Shown one piece after another: positions 29,924-39,231 of a stretch of DNA of 64,000 nt (the first letter of the stretch is position 1; every line of letters starts with the position of its first letter). This DNA is from an uncultured Thermococci archaeon (lineage in GTDB: Archaea; CAYQAE01; CAYVLA01). A program made the translations under genes and the position numbers. The notes under the pieces were generated by a model, which searched no databases, had not been told where the DNA came from, and saw only the letters and a list, made by a program, of their open reading frames with translations. Where the stretch lies: NCBI GenBank assembly GCA_964549615.1, contig CAZJVP010000011.1:65926-129925 (forward strand). Direction: 5' to 3'.

Positions 29924-30161
29924 ATATGTCCCTCCTTCTCCATGGCGGTTTCACGGGGTTTGAGGGGCCTCGGGTTCTTGGCAGCGACTCCTGCAGCCAC
30001 CGGAGGAGAAGTTCATCGGGGTTCTGGGTCTTGATGGGGCTTGCCACAATATTGCCGCCCCTTGCCGTCACTTCCATACGATCTCCATCAGACAGCCTGA
30101 GTTCGTCTCTAATGCTCTTCGGCAGGTAGAGCTTTCCTGAATGGTAGGTGGCGATGGCCAA
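29907..30161 (-). CDS. AbrB/MazE/SpoVT family antitoxin
   Basis: GKLYLPKSIRDELRLSDGDRMEV; overlaps the PIN gene by 17 nt. Confidence 0.88.
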   Translation of the reverse strand: MAIATYHSGKLYLPKSIRDELRLSDGDRMEVTARGGNIVASPIKTQNPDELLLRWLQESLPRTRGPSNPVKPPWRRRDIYAKRG

Positions 30162-30194
30162 TTTCGTTCCCCAACGGGAATGGATATGGCAACT

Positions 30195-30207
30195 GATAAA
30201 TCTTCGC
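30195..30207 (-). promoter_or_regulatory. BRE+TATA for the toxin-antitoxin operon
   Basis: Minus strand GCGAAGATTTATC ~35 nt upstream of TTG 30161. Confidence 0.5.
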
Positions 30208-30247
30208 TTTGCTTGGAGTCCGTTGTGTGGAAAATGGGGCTCGCAGA

Positions 30248-32812
30248 TCAGTAGCCTTGGCTGGTCGAATTCTTGCGTTTTGCGTCCGCGAAGCTGAAAC
30301 GACAGAAGAGCCGTTGGCGGTGTCCGGAACCTATGCGCAGGAAAGACCGCCCTGCCAGCGGGGGTAGGCTGAGGAGGATGATCAGGGCACCGGTGGTCAG
30401 TACATTCTCCACGATCCGAAGTGTGATGGAGTCAAGGTAGATCGTGCCGGAGCCCTGGGCTATGATCTTGAGCGATTCCAGGCGGGCACCGAAGATCCAC
30501 CCGAAGTGGGATGTCGGTATCTCCACATCGGTCCATTTCCCGGGGGCGAGCGTGATGTTGTACGCCCTGAGGATGCGGATCGACTCGGTAGCGCCCGAGC
30601 CGGTCTTGGTTATCTGGATGTCCGTTAGAGTACCATTTCCCGGGTTCACCGAGAGCGCGAGGCGATCGTACTCCCACAGGGTGATGGCCCAGGGGTCCGG
30701 TGGGACGTACTCCAGTGTGAAGAATCTGTCGAAGCTTATCCTCTGGCAGGCGCCGTGGGAAACCATGTCGGTCGAGAAAAGGTCTACTTCGGCCCGAGAC
30801 GCTTGGATGGTCCAGCCCGGCGCCAATGCGTCGTCGTATATGACGAGATCTGCGCTGGGCGCCTCGAAGCCCGGGAGGTTGCTCAGCATGAAAAGGTTGG
30901 GCCCCTTGCCGAAGTAGATCCTCCCCTGCGAATCAAGGGCGACGTTGCGCCCCCCGGTATGGAGACGTTCGAACCCGACCGTCTCTCCGGGCTTCGATAT
31001 CGGCTTCATCCTGAAGACGGCGCTGTCGGTGATGCCGTATATCAGGCCATCCGTCCAGGCGACCATCTGCCTGATCTCGCCCGCCCCGGCGCTCTGCTTG
31101 TGTACGATCTCTCCCGCGGCGGGGTCGAAGATGAAGAGGGTGGATCCCGCACAACCGTAGATCCGGCCGTCAGGCGCGGTGGCAAGCGACTTGATCTCGC
31201 TTGTCCCTTGTGGGAAGGTGATGTCCAAGATCAGCTTGCCCTCCTTTGCATCCCATGCGAAGAAGTGAGCACGCGTTTCAACCGGGGTCGTACCCTCGCC
31301 ATTGCTTATGCTTGATCCACCGTAGATCGTCCAACCATCGAGGCCGCAGGTCAGGGACACGATGCTTTGGTTAGGTATGATGTGCCTGTGAACTTCGAAG
31401 CGATCGGTCTGGGGATCGTAGATGGAGAGGGCGCCTCCCATCTTCCCATAGGTGGGCACAGTCCCGATGTAAATTCTTCCCGCCGCATCGGACGTCAGCG
31501 CTAGCGGCCTGTTCTGCTCGTCTCCCACGGGGCCGATGGTACGGGGGTTGGAGTCATGGGTTTTTCCCGGACTCCAAGGTTTGGATGGGTCGTAAACGGC
31601 AAGCATCGCGTCCGAGTAGGATGCAAGGTATAGCTTGTCCTTGTGCGCGTGAAGGCTGTAGAGCTCCCCGCTCTGCCCGACGATCGGGAACCCCATGTCC
31701 TGCAATATGCCCGTTGCTGGGTCGTACTTGAACAACTTCAGCACGCTCACGACGCCGCCATAGATGCAGCCATCCGGCCCCGTGCCCAGGCTGAAGACCT
31801 CCATTCCATCCCCGTCCTTGCTCACGTCCACCCGGCTCAGAAGCTGGCCGCTCGTGACGTTGTATGCCTCGAAGATCTGTCGTCCGTCTGTCCTCCCGTA
31901 TGCGATGCCGGTCTTGGCGTCGTAGGAGGAGTAGGGCGGGGTGAAGCAGGGCTCCAGTTGTCCAGTGGACCGGTTGAAGCGAACGTTGCCGCCTGGGAGC
32001 CCGTTGATGAGGATGGGTCCACCAGACATCTGCCTGTGGAACCCGACGAAGCCGCCGCTCGGATGCCTGACCTCCCTAACCAAGGCGTACGTGTTGGCGT
32101 CGATGATCAGGACGACGTTGGCCGTCTGAGCGTAAACGAGATCTCCCTCGGCCCCAACGTCGCAGAAGGAATCTCCCTTATATTGATCCGGCAGTATCGC
32201 TTTCTTCTGGCCGGTTGCAGGGTCGTAGGCGATCAGGTCAGCGTGCGTCCCTATGCCGGCGAAGACCCTGCCGTTGTCTGCGACGGCGACGGAGCTGCAG
32301 TACTGCTCGGTGGGGTGCATTCGCCCAAGGCTCTCTATCCTGCCCTTGGCGGGATCGTAGAGCACGACCTTTGCGCCGGGATAGGTTGCCGCATACACTC
32401 GGCCGTCGGGCCCGGTCGTGAGCTCGAATACGTACTCCTCGCCTGCTGCACTTCCCAGATCAACCACCTCTCTGGAGACGGGATCGAAGCTGAAGAGGCG
32501 GGCGGGGATTATGGTGCCGATGTAGATCTTGCCATCATTTCCTTCGCATAGCCCGTACGCACCCTTCGTGCCGGGAAGCTCGAAGTACTCCACTCGGTTC
32601 TCCGCATAGTCGAACCTGATGAGCTTTCCGGTCCCGGTACTTGTGTACATCCCCGAGTAAAAGACCGGGCGTCCGCTGACCGGATCTCTGACCAAAAGGC
32701 TGCCGCGGATCGACATGGACCTGATAGGGATGCCGAGGTCCGTTACCGTCGGCCGGCACAACGCGGTTCCGAGGAGAAGCATGCTGGTGGCGAGCAAGAA
32801 AAGATGGCGCAT
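30248..32812 (-). CDS. Secreted multi-blade beta-propeller protein with C-terminal beta-sandwich (CBM-like) and TM anchor
   Basis: Signal peptide; about 9 GxDGxIY-type repeats (GNDGKIY, GPDGRVY, GPDGCIY, APDGRIY, WTDGLIY); IYDDALAPGW...IYLDSI sandwich; IVE + hydrophobic tail. Confidence 0.8.
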   Translation of the reverse strand: MRHLFLLATSMLLLGTALCRPTVTDLGIPIRSMSIRGSLLVRDPVSGRPVFYSGMYTSTGTGKLIRFDYAENRVEYFELPGTKGAYGLCEGNDGKIYIGTIIPARLFSFDPVSREVVDLGSAAGEEYVFELTTGPDGRVYAATYPGAKVVLYDPAKGRIESLGRMHPTEQYCSSVAVADNGRVFAGIGTHADLIAYDPATGQKKAILPDQYKGDSFCDVGAEGDLVYAQTANVVLIIDANTYALVREVRHPSGGFVGFHRQMSGGPILINGLPGGNVRFNRSTGQLEPCFTPPYSSYDAKTGIAYGRTDGRQIFEAYNVTSGQLLSRVDVSKDGDGMEVFSLGTGPDGCIYGGVVSVLKLFKYDPATGILQDMGFPIVGQSGELYSLHAHKDKLYLASYSDAMLAVYDPSKPWSPGKTHDSNPRTIGPVGDEQNRPLALTSDAAGRIYIGTVPTYGKMGGALSIYDPQTDRFEVHRHIIPNQSIVSLTCGLDGWTIYGGSSISNGEGTTPVETRAHFFAWDAKEGKLILDITFPQGTSEIKSLATAPDGRIYGCAGSTLFIFDPAAGEIVHKQSAGAGEIRQMVAWTDGLIYGITDSAVFRMKPISKPGETVGFERLHTGGRNVALDSQGRIYFGKGPNLFMLSNLPGFEAPSADLVIYDDALAPGWTIQASRAEVDLFSTDMVSHGACQRISFDRFFTLEYVPPDPWAITLWEYDRLALSVNPGNGTLTDIQITKTGSGATESIRILRAYNITLAPGKWTDVEIPTSHFGWIFGARLESLKIIAQGSGTIYLDSITLRIVENVLTTGALIILLSLPPLAGRSFLRIGSGHRQRLFCRFSFADAKRKNSTSQGY

Positions 32813-33147
32813 TTTCCTCGGGTGCCCCGCAAGCCGAAGCCGACTGAAATATGTGATCGGAATCGCCCATAAGTCACTGCCGGGCTAAGCGGGTCCGTCT
32901 CGTTTTGGACCCCCATCGATGGGCGACCCGAAGGTCGACATAGCCAAGGCGCCCTGCGAGCGGGGCAAACGCCCGCCTGCCTGCCATGTCCGCGTCAGGC
33001 AAGCGAGCGGTTGAGTTTAATCGAGCTTGGGGAATGTGGGGCGAGAGAGCATCTCGTCTTAGCCACCTCAAGACTCTGGAGAGGGCGAGGGCGTGCGGCG
33101 GGTGCGTCATCCAAATAGTAATAACCTGGGCCGCACTGCAGTTGGAC

Positions 33148-36100
33148 ATGCTGCTCGACATAGCTCCCTTCGCCCAACGAGCTGTCAATAATGGTGCTAT
33201 CGTGCTCCGCTGGGAGGAGCCAAGGGACATCTTTAGGGTGGAGATCGAGCCCGCCCCCGGGCGTCTTCCGCCATCGCGGCGGAAGGTGATCGTGAGGTAC
33301 TGGCAGGACAAGTGGCCCAAACTGCGGCGGACGGAAGCCGACGTGACCGCTGGCAGGATCTGTTGGGCCGCCTGGAAAGGAGAGGACGACTGGTTCAATG
33401 GCCAGTGGCGAGCTGCAGATGCCCGGCTTCGCGTGCTCGGCAGGCGACTGATCGTCACATTCGCACCACTTGCTCGGCGCGAGTTCCCGGAGATGCAGGA
33501 GTACAGCGTGACCTATCGGCGCACCTTAAAGCTGTCCATCGAGATGCCGCACGCCTGCGAGGCCACGATCCGGGTCTTCACCACCAGCAAGGTCGCCGAG
33601 AGGACGGTGGCGATCGAGCTGGGTTGCGGCATCAAGCCGCGCCCTCGGTGGGACGGGTCCGTCGAGGTATACAACGGCACTCTCTTGAAATTTGTGAAGC
33701 CGAGTCGAAGGAATCCGCGGCTGGTGCTGAGGCTTCTATGCTCGAAGCCTGCTCCGCTCTCCCACGACGGCACCATCGTGACCGTACGGTCTGCCGCGGC
33801 ATCGTTCTCCTTCCGACCTGACGATGTGGCAAGGGGGCAGCCGATCTGGGCGCCCGACCTGCGCGTTCTGGTGTCGGCCGCGGAGGACGATGCGAGGTAC
33901 ACCTCCGAGTATGCCGCCTCACTGGTGAAGGAGAAGTGCCTCTACGACAGGATCGCGGATCTTCCGGAGCAAACCCTGCAGGCCGCCCTGAAGAGCTGCC
34001 CACCCAAAAGGCCGATGCATTTCGTGGTGGGCATAGAGGGTTCGCGCCAGAAGTTCGGTGTCGAGCCCAACGGCGACATCTTCGCTGGCATCGGCTACAT
34101 CAGGCGCGTCCAGGGCCCTGACACGCCCAGGGTTGCCTGGGAGGGGAAAAGGCTCTACGTCCGGTTCGGCTGGGACAAAATGACGCCTAACGGCAGGTAC
34201 TTGGAGGAGGGTTACCTGCCGATCATCTTATCCACCTTCTCCAAAGGCCCTCTGGACGTGCACGAAGAGGTGCTTGCAACTAGGCTGATCGGCAGGATGG
34301 CCCAAGGTCGGGCGCGGGGCGAGGATGCGGTGCTAGCGATGGCGCGGCTGACCTTCGAGAACCGCGGGGAGGAGTCGATTGACGTCGAACAAGAGATCTT
34401 CTGCGAGAGTGGCACTCGGTTGGTCCCTGAGAAGATGGCGCTTCGCGGAAACCTGGTCTACGGCGGCCCAGGCGGGGATCGTCTGAGGTTGGCCTTGGAA
34501 CTGTGCAACGGCGGCGAGCTGTGCGAACGCAGGGGCATCATACTCTACAAGGTGCGTCTGGCCCCGAATTCCAAGAGCACGCTTGTCGTGAAGTTCCCCT
34601 TCATCGAGCCCGTCACAAGCGAGGAGATTGCCAGCCTGAGGGAAAAGGCATGGGACCAAGAACACCGGGATGTCAGAACCTACTGGAAGGGCCGCTTGGC
34701 ATCGGGTACCGAGATCCACACGGGAGAGCAGGACCTGGACGACTTCCACAGGGCGTTGCTAACGCACATACTCATCAACGATGAGAACGAGATTGGCTCC
34801 GACCGCATCATCCCGCGGGTGAGTAGCTTCGCCTACGGCTGCTTCCCGAACGAAGCCGTCATGCAGATCATGGAGCTTGACCGTCGAGGCTACCACGATG
34901 AAGCCGCGCGACGCCTGGCTACCCTCCTTCACTACCAGGGAACCGTGGGACTTCCGGGGAACTTCAAGGGCAAGGACGGCGTCTTCTACGGGGCAGGCGG
35001 CTACGAGTCAGGCGGCTACAACCAGCACCACGGCTGGGTTCTCTGGGGCCTGTCCGAGCACTATCGCCTGACGGGTGATGCTGCCTGGCTGGCCGGGATC
35101 GCGGACAAGCTGGTTGCCGGCTGCGACTGGGTGGCGAGAGAGAGGAGGGCGACGATGGGCAGGCATGGGGGCATCCGTCCCATCGAGTACGGCTTCCTCC
35201 CGGCGGGATCGCTTGAGGACGTGAAGGATTTTTGCTACTGGTTATCCACGAACTGCCTGACCTACAGGGGGCTGGCGGCGGCCGCAGAGGTCTTAAGGAG
35301 CGCCGGGCTTCCGGAAGGTCGTCGGTTGGTCCTAGAGGCCAAGAGATACCGGGCTGATCTGCTTGCTGGAATCGAGAAATCAATGGTCCTGTCGCCGCTA
35401 GTCCGCCTGCGCGACGGCACCTACGTGCCACACATCCCTTCGAGGCTCTACTGGCGCGGCAGGGACATCGGGTGGATAAGGGAGGTGCTGGAAGGATCGA
35501 TTAACCTGATCACCACTGTGTTGGATCCCGAGGACCAGGGGAGCACATGGATACTTAAGGACTACGAGGACAACCGCTATGTGGGCTCACCGTTCGGCTA
35601 TGCCTTGGACGACTTCGATGCGCAGTGGTTTGGAAGGGGAGGTTTCAGCATGCAGCCAAACCTGGTCTACACGCCGTCTCCATACCTGGCTCGCGACCAG
35701 ATCGAGCATTTCCTGAGGGCCTTCTTCAACAGCTTCGCAGCCTGCTGGAGGCAGGAGATCCGCTCGATGACCGAGCATCCCCTCCCCACCCTTGCCGACT
35801 GGGCTGGGGACCACTTCAAGAGCTCCGACGAGTCCATGGTCTCTCTGTCCCTTCGCCTCATGTTCGTGCAGGAGTCCGGGGGCGACCTATACCTTGGGAG
35901 GGCCATCCCACGCTACCTTCTGTGCCCGGGAGCTAAGGTCTGGATCAAGAGGGCCGAGACGTACTTCGGGACCGTGAGCCTCGAGATCGCGGTAGCCCAG
36001 GATGCGGCGTTCATCGATGCGGTCGTGGAGCCGCCAACCCGTTGCCCGCCGAAGAGGATCCTGCTCCGCCTGCGGCACCCCCACAGGTCAAGGATATCGA

Positions 36101-36225
36101 GCGTAACAGTCAACGGACAGCAATGGAGCGATGTGGATCCGGACAAGGAATGGGTCGTCCTGCCAGCCCTCACTTCCCGAACGGCGATCCGTGCGCTGTA
36201 TGGGCAGCCGAAAAGACATGAATAG
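33148..36225 (+). CDS. Large (alpha/alpha)6-barrel glycoside hydrolase-like protein
   Basis: HGWVLWGLSEHYRLTGDAAWL, YGFLPAG, C-terminal LYLGRAIPR...AETYFG; no signal peptide. ATG 33148 preferred to track start 32986. Confidence 0.7.
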   Translation: MLLDIAPFAQRAVNNGAIVLRWEEPRDIFRVEIEPAPGRLPPSRRKVIVRYWQDKWPKLRRTEADVTAGRICWAAWKGEDDWFNGQWRAADARLRVLGRRLIVTFAPLARREFPEMQEYSVTYRRTLKLSIEMPHACEATIRVFTTSKVAERTVAIELGCGIKPRPRWDGSVEVYNGTLLKFVKPSRRNPRLVLRLLCSKPAPLSHDGTIVTVRSAAASFSFRPDDVARGQPIWAPDLRVLVSAAEDDARYTSEYAASLVKEKCLYDRIADLPEQTLQAALKSCPPKRPMHFVVGIEGSRQKFGVEPNGDIFAGIGYIRRVQGPDTPRVAWEGKRLYVRFGWDKMTPNGRYLEEGYLPIILSTFSKGPLDVHEEVLATRLIGRMAQGRARGEDAVLAMARLTFENRGEESIDVEQEIFCESGTRLVPEKMALRGNLVYGGPGGDRLRLALELCNGGELCERRGIILYKVRLAPNSKSTLVVKFPFIEPVTSEEIASLREKAWDQEHRDVRTYWKGRLASGTEIHTGEQDLDDFHRALLTHILINDENEIGSDRIIPRVSSFAYGCFPNEAVMQIMELDRRGYHDEAARRLATLLHYQGTVGLPGNFKGKDGVFYGAGGYESGGYNQHHGWVLWGLSEHYRLTGDAAWLAGIADKLVAGCDWVARERRATMGRHGGIRPIEYGFLPAGSLEDVKDFCYWLSTNCLTYRGLAAAAEVLRSAGLPEGRRLVLEAKRYRADLLAGIEKSMVLSPLVRLRDGTYVPHIPSRLYWRGRDIGWIREVLEGSINLITTVLDPEDQGSTWILKDYEDNRYVGSPFGYALDDFDAQWFGRGGFSMQPNLVYTPSPYLARDQIEHFLRAFFNSFAACWRQEIRSMTEHPLPTLADWAGDHFKSSDESMVSLSLRLMFVQESGGDLYLGRAIPRYLLCPGAKVWIKRAETYFGTVSLEIAVAQDAAFIDAVVEPPTRCPPKRILLRLRHPHRSRISSVTVNGQQWSDVDPDKEWVVLPALTSRTAIRALYGQPKRHE

Positions 36226-36445
36226 GCTCAGACGCTCGGGGCGCGGCAAGTCCGGCTCGAGGCGACCATTGCAAGCTTTCATCCGGTCCCAAGAAGCCGC
36301 TATGCCGCAAGACAGTCGGATCTCCGCTCTCCGTGAGGGCTTACCGGTGGATTTTTCAGGGGGTTCCGTCCCGCGCCGAACATCATTGGCCAGCTGGGGT
36401 GGGAGAGCGTGACAGTCGGCGATTCTGGAAGCCTGTCTGGGGATC

Positions 36446-36453
36446 TTTTATAA
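36446..36453 (+). promoter_or_regulatory. TATA box upstream of the htrA-like gene
   Basis: TTTTATAA ~200 nt upstream of GTG 36652; orientation not certain. Confidence 0.45.
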
Positions 36454-36651
36454 GATGTCTGTAGCGGGGCTTAACCGGAGATCTCGTCGCCCGGGTGGAG
36501 GCCGCGAACACGATCGCTTCAAAGATGGGCGGAAACGGGGGTTCCAGTGGGCCCGCCCTCGCGCGTCGGGTCAGCGTTCGGACGGGCGTGAGGGTTGTGG
36601 CTTGGCCGCGCGGCATGCTAGGCGACGTAGGCTCGATAGGAGAGGGGAAGA

Positions 36652-37584
36652 GTGCCGCAGGATGATGAGGTTCTCGACATGGTCGAGAAGGCGACGCGGA
36701 GCGTGGTGAACATCAACACCGTCCGCGTATTCCAGGATGTCTACTACAGGGTTGTGCCGGTGAAGGGCATGGGTTCCGGCTTCATCTACGACGGCGGCGG
36801 CTACATCCTGACTAACGCACATGTTGTGGACGGCAGCGAAAGGATCGGCGCCGTCATGGCGGACGGGCGGGTCTTGGAAGGGCGGCTGGTCGGTTCGTGT
36901 CACAGCCATGACGTGGCCGTCGTCAAGGTGGAGGGCGATGGTCTTGCCGTGGCGCAGATCGGGGATTCTGATGCGCTCAGGATGGGGCAGAGGGTCTACG
37001 CCATAGGGAACCCCTTCGGACTGGAGGGTGGCCCCACGGTCACGGCGGGGGTTATTAGCGCCCTGAACAGATCCATACACTCCTCGATGGGCACTTACGA
37101 GAATCTCGTGCAGACGGACGCCGCCATCAACCCGGGAAACAGCGGGGGGCCCCTGGTGGACCTCCATGGGCGGGTGATCGGGATCAACACGGCGATAATC
37201 CCATATGCACAAGGGATCGGATTTGCAGTTCCAATCAATGTCGCCAAGAAGTGTGCCGAGGAGCTCATGGCGCATGGAACGGCCGTCAGGCCCTGGCTCG
37301 GAGTCAGCGGAATAACGATGAGCAGGGACGTCGCAGCATACTACGGCATCCCCGTCGATTGGGGCGTGCTCGTGCTTAGGGTCTTGGCAGGAAGCCCGGC
37401 TGAGAAGGCAGGGATCGTCGTGGGAGACGTGATCCAGATGCTCGGGGGCAAGAGGATCCTGAGCTTGGAGGACCTTCAGGAGACGATCCAAGATCTAGAG
37501 GTCGGAACCGGGATCGAGATTCGCCTGATCAGGGACGGAACGCGGAAGTGGATCGTCCGGGCAGAGTTGGAGAGGATGCCCTGA
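36652..37584 (+). CDS. HtrA/DegP-like trypsin serine protease with one PDZ domain
   Basis: GSGFI, TNAHVV, DVAVV, QTDAAINPGNSGGPL, PDZ GSPAEKAGI; GGAGAGGGG precedes GTG. Confidence 0.93.
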   Translation: MPQDDEVLDMVEKATRSVVNINTVRVFQDVYYRVVPVKGMGSGFIYDGGGYILTNAHVVDGSERIGAVMADGRVLEGRLVGSCHSHDVAVVKVEGDGLAVAQIGDSDALRMGQRVYAIGNPFGLEGGPTVTAGVISALNRSIHSSMGTYENLVQTDAAINPGNSGGPLVDLHGRVIGINTAIIPYAQGIGFAVPINVAKKCAEELMAHGTAVRPWLGVSGITMSRDVAAYYGIPVDWGVLVLRVLAGSPAEKAGIVVGDVIQMLGGKRILSLEDLQETIQDLEVGTGIEIRLIRDGTRKWIVRAELERMP

Positions 37585-37668
37585 AGGCCCTCTCGCGTTG
37601 CTGCTTCCCCGCACGTTTCGGGAGCCCCGCCCTGCGGTTTGCGCATCGCTTGGCATAACGATGTGAAT

Positions 37669-37683
37669 CCGAAGGCTATTAAA
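37669..37683 (+). promoter_or_regulatory. BRE+TATA upstream of the MEDS gene
   Basis: CCGAAGGCTATTAAA. Confidence 0.45.
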
Positions 37684-37777
37684 GGCCCCTGCCTGACGGT
37701 TGGATTCGATGCCGGACCCGCCGGTTTCCGCGGGCTCGGGCAGATCCGACTCGCAATCTGGTCGGCGGTTGAGGCGA

Positions 37778-39193
37778 ATGACGGTTCAGGATCTCAGACA
37801 GATGGGCATCGAGGAGCTAGGCGAGATGCCCTGGGGCACCCACCTTTGTGCGTTCTACGACTCGGAGGACGACCTGCTCGATCTCTTGCTCCCGTACTTC
37901 GGGGCGGGGCTGAGGAAGCATGAGTTCTGCATCTACGTGGCCTGGGATCGCCAAGACCGAGACGATGTGGAAGAGGAGATGCACGGCCACGGCTTGGACC
38001 GGTATCTTGAGCGAGGCCAGATGCGGATCATTCCTGCCGAGGAGTGGTATCTGAGGGGCGGTTTCTTCGACGCGCGAAGGGTGCTCGATTCTTGGGTTGA
38101 GAATTGTCATGAAGCCAGGGCAAGCGGCTACGATGGAATCAGGGTGATGGGCAACATGGCATGGCTCGATAGGGTCGACTGGCAGAGCCTTGCCGATTAT
38201 GAGTACCAGGCAAACCGCTTGTTCAACGGTCACCCGATGATCGCCGTGTGCAGTTATCCCTTGGAGCGGTGCGACGAGCGCCGGGCGACCGATCTAGTGG
38301 CGGCCCACCAGTTCGAGCTCGTCAGGACGTCGGAGGAATGGACGGCGGTTGGGCCGAGCCAGCCGCAGGGAGCCGTGGACAACGTAATGCGGCTGCGGGA
38401 CGAGTTGCATAATTTGGATGGCCTCCTGAACGAGGGCAGGCTTGAGAAGCTGATCGCCAGCATGTTGTCTGACCTAGAGGACTCCTTCGGTGGTCGGTGG
38501 GTACGGTCCTTGGCTTGCTGGGATGCCAGCCGGGACCTCTCGGACAAGATCCGGACGTGGGCAGCGGAACAGCTCGAGGGTTTCGTGGGCGAAGCAGAGG
38601 AGATACACTGCGTCGCGAGGAAGCTGGCAATGATGCACAGGAAGATGTCGGGGGCCAGATGCGTTCGCGCGAGGGCGGATTCCACAGGCTTGGTCATCGA
38701 GGTCGAGGGCTGTCCGGGATTCGATGGGTGCGAGACGAGGACGAGCAGAGCACACTTTCTGAGGTGCGCGCCTGCCATGGCTGTCGCGGCGATGCTTCAG
38801 ACCGCGGCGGAGACTCCCGTGTGGATCGATATACGCGAAGAGGGCAATGCATGCAGGATCGGGCTGCATCCTGGGTGGGTCCTTGAATGCCTTAGGGAGC
38901 TTGAGCCGTTCAAACTGGATGGCCTGGTTGTGTTGCGGGGAGGCCGCGTGCTTTTCTCTCACATTCCGACGGACTCGGAGGCCGAGGTGCTGGATGAGGC
39001 CGTGCTGCTGGACGAGGAGAAGCCGGTTGAGGGTGACGGCGTTCGCGTGGAGGAGCTGGAGCGGCGAAACAAGAAGGTGGTGATGGCAAGGCTTGGCGAG
39101 AACCTGATCTCGCTCTGCGTCGGCGGAGATTACCCGACGGAGGGACTTCGCCTTCACCTCGCCCGGGCCGTCAGCCGCATGGCTAGCCTCTGA
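37778..39193 (+). CDS. MEDS sensory domain fused to a V4R/methanogen-output-like domain and a small C-terminal alpha/beta domain
   Basis: PWGTHLCAFY, GYDGIRVMGNM, DYEYQAN, AVCSYPL...AAHQF (MEDS); IEVEGCP...CAPAM...NACRI (V4R-like). Confidence 0.8.
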   Translation: MTVQDLRQMGIEELGEMPWGTHLCAFYDSEDDLLDLLLPYFGAGLRKHEFCIYVAWDRQDRDDVEEEMHGHGLDRYLERGQMRIIPAEEWYLRGGFFDARRVLDSWVENCHEARASGYDGIRVMGNMAWLDRVDWQSLADYEYQANRLFNGHPMIAVCSYPLERCDERRATDLVAAHQFELVRTSEEWTAVGPSQPQGAVDNVMRLRDELHNLDGLLNEGRLEKLIASMLSDLEDSFGGRWVRSLACWDASRDLSDKIRTWAAEQLEGFVGEAEEIHCVARKLAMMHRKMSGARCVRARADSTGLVIEVEGCPGFDGCETRTSRAHFLRCAPAMAVAAMLQTAAETPVWIDIREEGNACRIGLHPGWVLECLRELEPFKLDGLVVLRGGRVLFSHIPTDSEAEVLDEAVLLDEEKPVEGDGVRVEELERRNKKVVMARLGENLISLCVGGDYPTEGLRLHLARAVSRMASL

Positions 39194-39231
39194 GCGGTGT
39201 GAGGCCGCTATCTCGCCCATTGCCTTTTTTT
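39193..39231 (+). terminator. Short hairpin + oligo-T terminator
   Basis: AGCGG-7nt-CCGCT followed by T7 at 39225-39231 after the MEDS stop codon. Confidence 0.45.

Noticed and set aside
36380-36440. tRNA-like start (CAGCTGGGGTGGGAGAGCG)
   Set aside because: No T-arm GTTCRA motif or acceptor-stem pairing follows.
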